Source: Burkholderiaceae bacterium | GTDB lineage: Bacteria; Pseudomonadota; Gammaproteobacteria; Burkholderiales; Burkholderiaceae | DNA: 64,000 nt | Direction of reading: 5' to 3' | Assembly: GCA_947380065.1 (NCBI GenBank) | Contig: CANCPL010000001.1 | Location: 17,661 to 81,660, forward strand | Shown here: piece by piece, positions 9,704-18,554 of the stretch | Numbering within the stretch: position 1 is the first letter of the stretch | Layout: each line of letters opens with the position of its first letter | The notes under the pieces: generated by a model | Told to the model about the DNA's origin: nothing | Database searches by the model: none | The model's input: only the letters and a program-made list of their open reading frames with translations | Translations under genes and position numbers: made by a program

Positions 9704-10282
9704 TTACAAGACGGAATAAACAGTCCCAATGCCTACTTTGCAAGATTTTGCTATTTGCCGAATACTCATACCGTTTGCATGCATTACCTTAATTGCTGAT
9801 CTCATCCCATCATTCATCTTGGTTGGTCGACCAATATGAACCCCTGATGCTTTTGCTCTTTGCTGCCCTGCAATAACCCTTTCTCGAATTAGATTTCTCT
9901 CAAACTCCCCTATTGCTCCAAATACTGAGAAGATCATTCGCCCGCTAGGTGTTGTTGTGTCCATTCCCTGTTGCATAAAGAATAGATCAATCTTCATTGC
10001 TTGAAGTTCATTGAGTATTTCAACTAGATGCTGAAGACTTCTACCCAATCGATCTATTGACCAGCACATGACCACCTCAAACTGTCTTTTAGTTGCCATC
10101 TTCATCATTTCTTCTAGTGCGGGTCGATCTTTTCTTGATTTGGCGCCCGATATACCGTTATCAATAAACTCTGAAATGATTTCATAACCCATACGCTCAG
10201 CGACCGCTCGAAGCTCCCTGAGTTGATTATCAGAGGTTTGATGTGTGGTTGACACTCGACAATACAGACAGACTTTTTTCAT
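9704..10282 (-). CDS. small serine recombinase (resolvase/invertase family with C-terminal HTH)
   Basis: YCRVST (catalytic Ser), DRLGRS, EFERNLIRERVIAG, GRP and HTH motifs; GGAG RBS before the ATG at 10282. Confidence 0.95.
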   Translation of the reverse strand: MKKVCLYCRVSTTHQTSDNQLRELRAVAERMGYEIISEFIDNGISGAKSRKDRPALEEMMKMATKRQFEVVMCWSIDRLGRSLQHLVEILNELQAMKIDLFFMQQGMDTTTPSGRMIFSVFGAIGEFERNLIRERVIAGQQRAKASGVHIGRPTKMNDGMRSAIKVMHANGMSIRQIAKSCKVGIGTVYSVL

Positions 10283-10349
10283 CTCCAAACCCCTTCTAAA
10301 TGCGTTCTAGAAGTGGTGGAAGGTAAAGGTTCTGGTGGGGATTACAAGG

Positions 10350-10403
10350 TTGTTCTTAGTGAGAACAAATCAACTCATGACATGAGTTGAATACATGGGT
10401 TGA
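10350..10403. repeat. res-like site array: 20-bp repeat copy 2 (10350-10369), perfect IR TCAACTCATG-A-CATGAGTTGA (10370-10390) and a third half-site CATGGGTTGA (10394-10403)
   Basis: Seen directly between the recombinase start and the tRNA. Confidence 0.8.
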
Positions 10404-10467
10404 TTTAGTTTTTTGAGGATCACGCAAGTCATTGTATTTAAAGACTTTTATAGCTTATTAGACTAGC

Positions 10468-10557
10468 TGGCGGAAGAGGTGAGATTCGAACTCACGGAGG
10501 ACTTTCATCCTCGCCAGTTTTCAAGACTGGTGCATTCAACCGCTCTGCCACTCTTCC
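10468..10557 (-). tRNA. tRNA-Ser(TGA)
   Basis: GGAAGAG...CCAGT-CTTGAAA-ACTGG anticodon arm, long variable arm, GTTCGAATC T-loop and encoded CCA. Confidence 0.97.
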
Positions 10558-10560
10558 ATT

Positions 10561-10585
10561 TGCTTGAATCAGATCGATTCAAGCA
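10561..10585 (-). terminator. perfect 10-bp hairpin between the oxidoreductase stop and tRNA-Ser (terminator or processing stem)
   Basis: TGCTTGAATC-AGATC-GATTCAAGCA; no clear U-tract. Confidence 0.45.
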
Positions 10586-10590
10586 CCAGA

Positions 10591-11727
10591 TTATAAAGAA
10601 CTTTTGATTTGCCCTTCTAAATGCTTGGCAATAGCAAGGCTTGAGGTTAATCCGGGCGACTCAAAGCCATATAGATTAAAGAGTCCCTGTAGTTCGTGGT
10701 CACTTGGTCCGTTAAAGCAAAAATCGCCAGCAGGTGTATTGGGTGGGACGATTTTTGCCCTCACCCCTGAATAATCAGGCTGCAAAGTACCATCCTTGAG
10801 CTGTGGCCAATATCGGCGCACGGCCTCATAGAACCCTTCCCCTCGCTTGGGGTCAACTGTGTAATCAACTTGGTCTTCAGTGTCTATTTCGAGCCACTCC
10901 ACATCAGGACCAAATTTAGCCTGACCACCCATATCTAAAGTGAGATGAACGCCCAATCCGCCAGGCTCAGGAATGGGATATATCAAATGGGAAAAAGGCG
11001 ATTTACCAGAGAGGGAAAAATAATTGCCTTTTGCAAAGTACGCTTTTGGAATTTGCTGCTGTGATAGTCCTGCAATTTTTTGGGCAACTGCTGGCGCACT
11101 CATGCCAGCGCAATTAATAAGGATTTTGGTATGCAGTCTCATTCCATCAGCGCCCCCGATTTCTAATTCGAAACCATCTTTGGCATTTTCACCAATGGGC
11201 TTGGCACTCATCAACGGTGATTGATATGCCACCATTCCACCGGCATCCTCAAAACCCCCTAAGAGCGAAAGCATGTAGCCATGGCTATCTACAATGCCAG
11301 TACTCGATGACAGAATGGCGGCCACACATTGCAATTGCGGCTCCAATAATTTCGCTTCATCACCGGAGATGATTTTGATCGCAGGTACATGATTGTTTTG
11401 AGCCTTATACAAAATTGCCTGCAAATCATCTAATTGTGTTGCATCAGTAGCAACGATTAATTTGCCATACGGCTGAGTCGCTACTTGATGACTGCGACAG
11501 TACTCGTAAAGCAAACGATTGCCCTCTACACAGAGCTTGGCTTTCAGCGAATCTTTGGGGTAATAAATGCCTGCATGGATCACTTCGCTATTGCGTGCGC
11601 TACTCACCGTGCCGAAGGCGCTCTCTCGCTCCAACAAAATCGTTTCTCGACCCTGTAGGGCCATTTCTCTAGCGATTGCAAGGCCAATAACACCCGCACC
11701 GACGACTACACAGTCAACCCGCTCCAT
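10591..11727 (-). CDS. FAD-dependent oxidoreductase, L-2-hydroxyglutarate oxidase (LhgO) family
   Basis: GAGVIG FAD motif, SARNSEVIHAGIYY, LGVHLT and ESPGLT motifs. Confidence 0.9.
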   Translation of the reverse strand: MERVDCVVVGAGVIGLAIAREMALQGRETILLERESAFGTVSSARNSEVIHAGIYYPKDSLKAKLCVEGNRLLYEYCRSHQVATQPYGKLIVATDATQLDDLQAILYKAQNNHVPAIKIISGDEAKLLEPQLQCVAAILSSSTGIVDSHGYMLSLLGGFEDAGGMVAYQSPLMSAKPIGENAKDGFELEIGGADGMRLHTKILINCAGMSAPAVAQKIAGLSQQQIPKAYFAKGNYFSLSGKSPFSHLIYPIPEPGGLGVHLTLDMGGQAKFGPDVEWLEIDTEDQVDYTVDPKRGEGFYEAVRRYWPQLKDGTLQPDYSGVRAKIVPPNTPAGDFCFNGPSDHELQGLFNLYGFESPGLTSSLAIAKHLEGQIKSSL

Positions 11728-11825
11728 TTATCCGTCCTAGGGCATCGTTTATCTTTAAATTTACCGAAATCGTAACATTTTCAATGTTTTAGTGGGTTTG
11801 AGGTACTTCTTGATAAAATCTATAT

Positions 11826-13328
11826 ATGTCTTCAAAACCGGCTAAAGAGAGCCTTCATTCCATATTTTGCGCTCAGGATATCGTTCTAGATACTGCCTAT
11901 CAGGGTATTGATAGCAAAAGCTGGAAATCCCTCTTTCGCCAGGCCAGAGAGTCCCATTTAGAGCAATTTATTGAAGACCTATTTGCCGGTAAAGCGGTGA
12001 ATAACTCAGAAAATCGCCCCGCTCTACATTCTGCCCTCAGAAATTTAGAGAAAAAACCAGTATTTGCGAATGGTCAAGATGTCATGCCTGAGGTGGCCGA
12101 CGTTTGGCGTCGCATTGAAGGTTTATGTAACAAATGGGTTGGCGTAACGGATGTCATTCATATTGGGATTGGTGGCTCTGACTTTGGTCCTCGCCTTGCC
12201 ATTGAGGCTTTAGCCCATGTACCCGATATTGATAGTCGCGGCATGCGCATGCACTTCCTTGCCAATATCGATACAGCCGAATTAAATCGCATTTTGCAAC
12301 GCGCGCACGCCAATAGCACCCGTGTCATTATTGTCTCCAAGTCATTCACTACGCTTGAGACCAATATGAATGCCAAAGCAGTTGTGAAGTGGCTGAAAGA
12401 TAGTGGTCGCAATGATGTGCAGATCTCCCAAGCATTGTTTGCAGTTACCGCAAACGTCAGCGCTGCGGAAAAATTTGGAGTAGCTAAAGATAACATTTAT
12501 CCATTCTGGGATTGGGTTGGAGGACGCTACTCTGTTTGGTCTGCAGTCGGCCTGCCAATTGCGCTGCAATATGGATTCGACACTTTTAAAGAATTCTTAG
12601 CTGGTGCCCAGTTTATGGATCAGCACTTTAAGTCAGCGCCGCTAGAAGAAAATCTTCCTGTCATCATGGCACTCTCTCTGATCTACCAACAAAAGAAGCA
12701 CCACATTAAATCCTATGCCGTGATTCCGTATGCTGATGCTTTAGATTGGTTTCCGAGGTGGTTGCAACAGCTAGATATGGAAAGCAATGGCAAAAGCGTT
12801 GATCGACAAGGTATGCCGGTCAAATACTCATGTCCCGTCGTATTTGGTAGTTCCGGAAGTAATGCGCAACATTCTTATTTCCAACTATTGCATCAGGGCC
12901 TTGATGTGATTCCAATCGACTTCATTGCAATTCGGGAGCCGATGAGTCATCTTGCTGAAGCGAAAGCGCATCACCGTATTTTGCTATCGAATTGCCTAGC
13001 TCAAGCGCAAGCTTTAGCGAATGGCAAACAAACAGAGAATCCCAACAATACTTATCCTGGTAAACGACCCAGCAATTTGTTGATTCTCCCTAAGCTGAAT
13101 GCTTTTTATCTCGGCGCATTACTAGCCCTCTATGAGAGTCGCACTGCCGCTCTTGGCGCTCTATGGAATATCAATAGTTTTGATCAGCCCGGCGTTGAAT
13201 TAGGGAAAGTGCTCGCTAAACCCATTGAGGTAGCCCTCAAAAATGGTTTGGCCGTACAAGCAGATGACAACATTGATGCCATCACTGCTCAACGCATTAA
13301 TCTCTTTAATCATACTAATGTGAACTAG
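11826..13328 (+). CDS. pgi: glucose-6-phosphate isomerase
   Basis: IGIGGSDFG, SKSFTT, VGGRYSVWS, QQLDMESNGK and DQPGVELGK motifs. Confidence 0.96.
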   Translation: MSSKPAKESLHSIFCAQDIVLDTAYQGIDSKSWKSLFRQARESHLEQFIEDLFAGKAVNNSENRPALHSALRNLEKKPVFANGQDVMPEVADVWRRIEGLCNKWVGVTDVIHIGIGGSDFGPRLAIEALAHVPDIDSRGMRMHFLANIDTAELNRILQRAHANSTRVIIVSKSFTTLETNMNAKAVVKWLKDSGRNDVQISQALFAVTANVSAAEKFGVAKDNIYPFWDWVGGRYSVWSAVGLPIALQYGFDTFKEFLAGAQFMDQHFKSAPLEENLPVIMALSLIYQQKKHHIKSYAVIPYADALDWFPRWLQQLDMESNGKSVDRQGMPVKYSCPVVFGSSGSNAQHSYFQLLHQGLDVIPIDFIAIREPMSHLAEAKAHHRILLSNCLAQAQALANGKQTENPNNTYPGKRPSNLLILPKLNAFYLGALLALYESRTAALGALWNINSFDQPGVELGKVLAKPIEVALKNGLAVQADDNIDAITAQRINLFNHTNVN

Positions 13329-13364
13329 CTGACGCTATTTCAAAAGTTAGCCAAAGGAAGCCTC

Positions 13365-14750
13365 ATGCAATTGTCACCAACTATTTTCAAAGCTTATGAC
13401 ATCCGCGGAATCATTGATGAGACTTTAGACCCTTCAATCGCTCAGTTGATTGGTCAAGCCTTTGGTACAGAGATGCGTGAGTTGGGTGAGACTGATGTTG
13501 TCATCGGTCGTGATGGTCGCCTCTCTGGTCCAAGCTTGATAGAGGCCTTAACGGATGGCTTACTCTCTACTGGCATTAATGTGATTGACTTGGGCATGGT
13601 CGCTACACCGATGGTGTACTTCGCAGCTAATCAAACGATTGATGGTAAGAAACCGAAATCTGGCGTCATGATTACCGGCAGTCATAATCCCCCCAATTAC
13701 AACGGCTTCAAAATGGTTTTAGGTGGTGCAGCGATCTATGGAGATCAGATTCAGGCATTAAGGAAGCGCATTGAAGCCAAGCAGTTTGCTACCGGAAAAG
13801 GTCTACGCAGCACTTTTGATATCTTCCCAATGTATTTGCAACGCATTATTGGTGACGTCAAACTTGCCCGCCCTATCAAGATTGCCATTGACTGCGGTAA
13901 CGGAGTTGGAGGCGCATTTGCAGGACAACTCTTCAGAGCTTTAGGATGCGAAGTAGAAGAGCTTTTTTGCGAAGTTGATGGCAAATTCCCCAACCACCAC
14001 CCTGATCCAGCCCATATTGAAAACTTGCAAGACCTCATTCAGAATCTGCAGACTACCGATAATGAACTCGGACTTGCCTTTGATGGTGATGCCGATCGTT
14101 TGGGCGTTGTTACCAAAGATGGTCAGGTGATTTTCCCTGACCGCCAAATGATGCTGTTTGCCAAAGATGTGCTCTCACGCAATCCTGGTGGTCAAATTAT
14201 TTATGACGTCAAGTGCACGCGCAATCTTGCTACTTACATAAAGCAATATGGCGGCGAACCGTTGATGTGGAAAACAGGTCACTCATTAGTGAAAGCCAAA
14301 CTTAAAGAGACTGGTGCTCCGCTGGCCGGAGAAATGAGTGGGCATATTTTCTTTAAAGACCGCTGGTTTGGCTTTGATGATGGTCTCTATACAGGGGCAC
14401 GACTATTGGAGATTCTCTCTAAGGAAACAGATCCCAATCAAACCCTAAATGATTTACCAAATGCCATCTGCACTCCGGAGTTGCAACTTCCTTGTGCTGA
14501 AGGAGAGCCCTTTGCTTTACTAGAAACGATGAAGGCGAATGCTCAATTCCCAAGCTCTGAGTCCATCAATACAATTGATGGCATTCGGGTCGAGTACGCT
14601 GATGGCTTTGGTTTGGCAAGACCATCCAATACCACCCCTGTAGTGGTCATGCGTTTTGAAGCGGATAGTGAAGCAGCCATTTTACGCATTCAAGATGAAT
14701 TTAAAACCGCCCTGTTAAACGCAAAGCCAAACGCAAAACTTCCTTTTTAA
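13365..14750 (+). CDS. phosphomannomutase/phosphoglucomutase (AlgC-type)
   Basis: FKAYDIRG, TGSHNP (phospho-Ser), DGDADR and GEMSGH motifs. Confidence 0.95.
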   Translation: MQLSPTIFKAYDIRGIIDETLDPSIAQLIGQAFGTEMRELGETDVVIGRDGRLSGPSLIEALTDGLLSTGINVIDLGMVATPMVYFAANQTIDGKKPKSGVMITGSHNPPNYNGFKMVLGGAAIYGDQIQALRKRIEAKQFATGKGLRSTFDIFPMYLQRIIGDVKLARPIKIAIDCGNGVGGAFAGQLFRALGCEVEELFCEVDGKFPNHHPDPAHIENLQDLIQNLQTTDNELGLAFDGDADRLGVVTKDGQVIFPDRQMMLFAKDVLSRNPGGQIIYDVKCTRNLATYIKQYGGEPLMWKTGHSLVKAKLKETGAPLAGEMSGHIFFKDRWFGFDDGLYTGARLLEILSKETDPNQTLNDLPNAICTPELQLPCAEGEPFALLETMKANAQFPSSESINTIDGIRVEYADGFGLARPSNTTPVVVMRFEADSEAAILRIQDEFKTALLNAKPNAKLPF

Positions 14751-14751
14751 T

Positions 14752-16491
14752 ATGAAGATGCATCCAAAATTGGCTAGTCTTTATTTATGGCCACTACTAG
14801 TTTGGCTAGCAATCTTTACGCCTCTATCCTCAAGCCAGACTACAGAGACTATCGCTGACCCAATACGCGTTCAACTGGCGTGGATGCATCAAAGTCAATT
14901 TGCTGGCATATATGTTGCCCAAGTACGTAAGCACTTTGAAAACCAAGGACTGCATGTCACCCTGATTGAGGGTGGCCCCAATATTAATCCCATCACTGAA
15001 CTACAAGAAGGCCGAGCCGATATTGCTGTGTCGTGGTTGGGAAACGCCTGGAATCATTCGACTGAAGGCAAGCATGTAACCAATGTAGCGCAGATTTTTT
15101 CAGGATCCTCACTTGCGGTAGTCTGCAGAATCAGCGCAGGCGTTTTCACCGCTAAAGACATGGCCGGCAAAAAAGTGGGGGTTTGGAATTTAGGTGATGA
15201 GACCGTTGTCCAAGAATTGCTCGATCTATTGAGCATCCCAAAAGATTCTGTAGAAATCTTGCAGCAATCACCTAATGGTCAAGATCTGATTGACCGAAAA
15301 GTAGCCTGCGCTACTGCGATGGCCTATAACGAGTATTGGCAAATATTAGCCAGCGGAATACCGTCAAGCGATTTAATTGTGATTAATCCCGAAATGTTTG
15401 GGATTCCGCATGTTGAAGATGGTCTTTATGTGATGACCAATCGCCTAAGCTCACCGATTTTCAAAGAGCAATTAGTGAGATTTACTAAGGCCATTCGGAC
15501 GGGGTGGAAAGAAGCGCGGATCGCTCCGACTCTTGCAGTCGAAACAGTGCAAAGAATGGCCCCCAACCTCAACCGAGAGCATCAACAACATATGCTCGAA
15601 TCCATCTTAGGCATCATTCCGTCCAATACGGATGAATTCGGCTTATTTGATTTGGGTCGTTACCAATCTGAGGTGAATCGCCTACTATCCCCAGGGAAAA
15701 TTAATCCCACACCTGAGCGGATGTGGACATATGAAATTTGGAATGCGCTCAAAAAAGAAGACAAAAGTAGTACCCCATTAACCCAGGCCACTAAGTTTTA
15801 TGTCTCGAGCACTACTGGGATGTTGGCTTTCAGAATCTTGGTTTATTTTGGCGTGTTTACTTATGCGCTCTCTGGCGTTTTGGAGGCCATCAATCGCGGC
15901 TACGACCTATGGGGGCGCTTGGTTCTCGCCTTCCTATCGGGCGTTGGTGGGGGCACCCTGAGAGATCTGTTGATTGGCGGGGATAGACTGCCTTTCTACT
16001 ATGTTAAGGATTTAACATATCCTCTCGGAATCCTTTTGGTTGTCTTAATCACATCATCCATTGTTGCCGCTCATCATGAGGCCCATAAAAGTGAAATCTT
16101 TAAGCACACCAAAAAGTATGCCGATATTCTAGGCTTTACAGCACTAGCCATTACTGGAGCAACTATTTCAATTTCATCGAATCTTCCGTGGTTCTGGGCA
16201 CCAATCTGCGCTGCGTTAACTTGTGCTGGCGGCGGTATGCTCAGAGATATTGTGACTAATCAGGAACCGAGCACCTTCAAAGGCGTTATTTATGAGGAAG
16301 TGGCTGTGGCTGGAGCGCTTTGCTTGGTTGCAGGATTCATGATTGCCAATCATTTTGAATACAGCCCAATACCGGTTTTTATCAGCCTTGTTTTCAGTCT
16401 TACTCTGATTATTGGCCTACGCTTGGCTATTTATAAATACCATTTGCGTTACCCAAAATTTCTAGGCGGCAATGATTCCGAGAACCATTAA
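14752..16491 (+). CDS. fusion of an NMT1/THI5-like periplasmic substrate-binding domain and a TRIC (UPF0126/YadS) channel domain
   Basis: Signal peptide and QLAWMHQSQFAG (NMT1/THI5 start motif). The C-terminal ~220 aa contain two TRIC repeats (GGGTLRD, GGGMLRD). Confidence 0.85.
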   Translation: MKMHPKLASLYLWPLLVWLAIFTPLSSSQTTETIADPIRVQLAWMHQSQFAGIYVAQVRKHFENQGLHVTLIEGGPNINPITELQEGRADIAVSWLGNAWNHSTEGKHVTNVAQIFSGSSLAVVCRISAGVFTAKDMAGKKVGVWNLGDETVVQELLDLLSIPKDSVEILQQSPNGQDLIDRKVACATAMAYNEYWQILASGIPSSDLIVINPEMFGIPHVEDGLYVMTNRLSSPIFKEQLVRFTKAIRTGWKEARIAPTLAVETVQRMAPNLNREHQQHMLESILGIIPSNTDEFGLFDLGRYQSEVNRLLSPGKINPTPERMWTYEIWNALKKEDKSSTPLTQATKFYVSSTTGMLAFRILVYFGVFTYALSGVLEAINRGYDLWGRLVLAFLSGVGGGTLRDLLIGGDRLPFYYVKDLTYPLGILLVVLITSSIVAAHHEAHKSEIFKHTKKYADILGFTALAITGATISISSNLPWFWAPICAALTCAGGGMLRDIVTNQEPSTFKGVIYEEVAVAGALCLVAGFMIANHFEYSPIPVFISLVFSLTLIIGLRLAIYKYHLRYPKFLGGNDSENH

Positions 16492-17930
16492 GCTTTTCCA
16501 AAGAATTTCTTAATCTTGGCCACTAGTGATGTTTTAACTTCCTCAGCCATATTGACTTGAGCAGATTGGCTGAGCGTCTTCTGCTTATGAGCTGCCCGCT
16601 CGGCCAAGAGTATGGAGATACGCTCCACTAAAAGAGGATTCTTGCTCAATATCGGCGCCAATTCTTCCTTGGTAATTTCAATTAAATGCGTATTGAGATT
16701 GGCATACACGTTTGCAGAACGCGGTTCACCAGTCAATAAAGACATCTCACCTACGCAGTCTCCAGGCCACAAATGCGCAAGTGTAATTTTCTCGCCATTC
16801 TGATTATGAGAGGTCACCTCTAAACAACCTTCAGCAATAATGAACATGCTATTGGCAGTATCGCCCTGCGTAATCACTTGCTGTCCCGGATTAAAGTGCA
16901 AGGATTTAGCATTTTTAGATAATTCCAGCACTTCTTTCTCGTCCAACACACGCAGAATTCCAAAGGGATATACGTTCAGTAAAGGTGAGAAATGGCTGGT
17001 ATGTAAGGAGTCTACATTTTGCACCACCATGGATGAATCAAATGAAATGCCCGAGCTTTTGAGAAACCGTAAAGCATTTTTTAAGATGTAGTGCTTAGGT
17101 TCATCCAAGTGACTATCTACAGCACATTCAAAGCGAATCTTGTAGATTACGCTGCCTATCAGGACCTGTGAAACATAGCAACGAAACCAGCCGTTAAAGT
17201 GGGGATGGGTAACACCAACATATTCCATTGCAGAGCTCAGTACAGACAATACTTGATCGGAGTTATATTGCGCATCCACTGGAATGGATATCTCACGAAT
17301 AGGCAAACGCTCTTGTTGACTGAGATTGACGAAAGCAATACCTAAAAATCGATTATTCGTAATCCGATACTTTGCCCCATCTAAATTTTGCAACGTGATA
17401 TAGCGACGATCCATCTCAATCACTCTTGCGATCAATGCTGTATTGCCATCCGGATATTCAATCACATCGCCTATTGCAACCAGGTGATCTGTTTGTATGG
17501 TGATACTAGCAATAACATCTGAGATCAGATCTCTAAAGGCATAACCCACTGCCAAGCCTAAAGCTCCAGATGCCGCTACCAGAGTACTAATCGACTGATC
17601 GAATAATAGAATAAAACCGAGTAAGGCAACTAAGGTGTAAATCACTATCGATGCAGCTTCAACCACGATGACCGGTATTTGGCCCTGCTTTTTATTGCCG
17701 TTAAAACGCTTAATGGAATATCTCAATAACTGGTCAAGCGTGAACCCAAATAGTAAAAACTGGCTGGCAGCCAATAGCTCAGTAAGAGTAGGTAGCCTCT
17801 CTAGAGTGAGATGGGTTGGCACCCAGCCCCAAGGCGTATGGTGAACCTCATTAACCCATATCGCCAAAGCGATATTGAGAGCAAATAAAACCCAGATGAA
17901 TGTCTTCGACTTTGAAGAAAAGGTTTTCAA
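16488..17930 (-). CDS. MscS-family channel with C-terminal cyclic-nucleotide-binding domain (bCNG-like)
   Basis: TM helices ending in GALGLAVGYAFRD and GDVI, plus cNMP motifs QGD, GEMSLL and RSANV. The TTG start overlaps the SLT stop. Confidence 0.9.
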   Translation of the reverse strand: MKTFSSKSKTFIWVLFALNIALAIWVNEVHHTPWGWVPTHLTLERLPTLTELLAASQFLLFGFTLDQLLRYSIKRFNGNKKQGQIPVIVVEAASIVIYTLVALLGFILLFDQSISTLVAASGALGLAVGYAFRDLISDVIASITIQTDHLVAIGDVIEYPDGNTALIARVIEMDRRYITLQNLDGAKYRITNNRFLGIAFVNLSQQERLPIREISIPVDAQYNSDQVLSVLSSAMEYVGVTHPHFNGWFRCYVSQVLIGSVIYKIRFECAVDSHLDEPKHYILKNALRFLKSSGISFDSSMVVQNVDSLHTSHFSPLLNVYPFGILRVLDEKEVLELSKNAKSLHFNPGQQVITQGDTANSMFIIAEGCLEVTSHNQNGEKITLAHLWPGDCVGEMSLLTGEPRSANVYANLNTHLIEITKEELAPILSKNPLLVERISILLAERAAHKQKTLSQSAQVNMAEEVKTSLVAKIKKFFGKA

Positions 17931-18550
17931 TTTTGCTCCTCAGAATAGCGATATTTTGCACGCCAAACAGCCGTAACCATGCTTGGGTAGAGCTCCTCGC
18001 CTAAGCTGCCGTTGTATCGTGCCAGCCCTCGTGTGAGATTTTGATTTTCTATATCTAAGTAGTGTTTTAAGATGATGCAGCCATAGCGAAGATTGGTTCT
18101 CACATCAAACAAAGAATCTCGCGTATCGCCAATTAAATCTTTCCAAAATGGCATCACCTGCATGAGACCGCTAGCGCCTACGCTGGAAATTGCAAAGCGA
18201 TTAAAGCCACTCTCCACCTCAATTAAAGCCAAAACAAGATCGGGGTCTAAGCTGTAACGCGTTGCCTCGTAATGAACCATCCGCAACCATTGACGCCGAG
18301 TCTCTTCGTTAGGAATCTTTTTAGCCAAGTTCTTAGATTGATAGCTAATCCAAGCAACAGCCTGTGTAGCCGATCGAAAAGAGCTAATAGAGCTTACTTC
18401 AGAGGCTATCGACTGTCGTAGTTCATAACGATTAGCTAAAGAAATATCTTCGTATTTTTGAGAGGCGGCATTGGCGCAATTCTGTGCAATCAATAGCTCA
18501 AGCGCGACCATTACAAAGCCCAGTTTTCTCAGAAATGAAAATAGCCTCAT
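17927..18550 (-). CDS. lytic transglycosylase (SLT domain), secreted
   Basis: VESGFN, GASGLMQVMPFW and RYNGS motifs; ATG 4 nt after the pilC stop. Confidence 0.9.
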   Translation of the reverse strand: MRLFSFLRKLGFVMVALELLIAQNCANAASQKYEDISLANRYELRQSIASEVSSISSFRSATQAVAWISYQSKNLAKKIPNEETRRQWLRMVHYEATRYSLDPDLVLALIEVESGFNRFAISSVGASGLMQVMPFWKDLIGDTRDSLFDVRTNLRYGCIILKHYLDIENQNLTRGLARYNGSLGEELYPSMVTAVWRAKYRYSEEQN

Positions 18551-18554
18551 TGCA

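Larger units (their letters stand above)
1..10467. mobile_element. AT-rich genomic island abutting the 3' end of tRNA-Ser(TGA); left end lies outside the window
   Basis: Visibly more AT-rich than DNA right of 10560. It starts immediately after the tRNA CCA end, with a serine recombinase next to the tRNA and orphan or surface-related cargo. An AAGTCATTGTATTTA motif at about 10426-10440 resembles integrase arm-type sequences next to tRNA att sites. No duplicated tRNA 3' end was seen in 1-10400. Confidence 0.75.
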
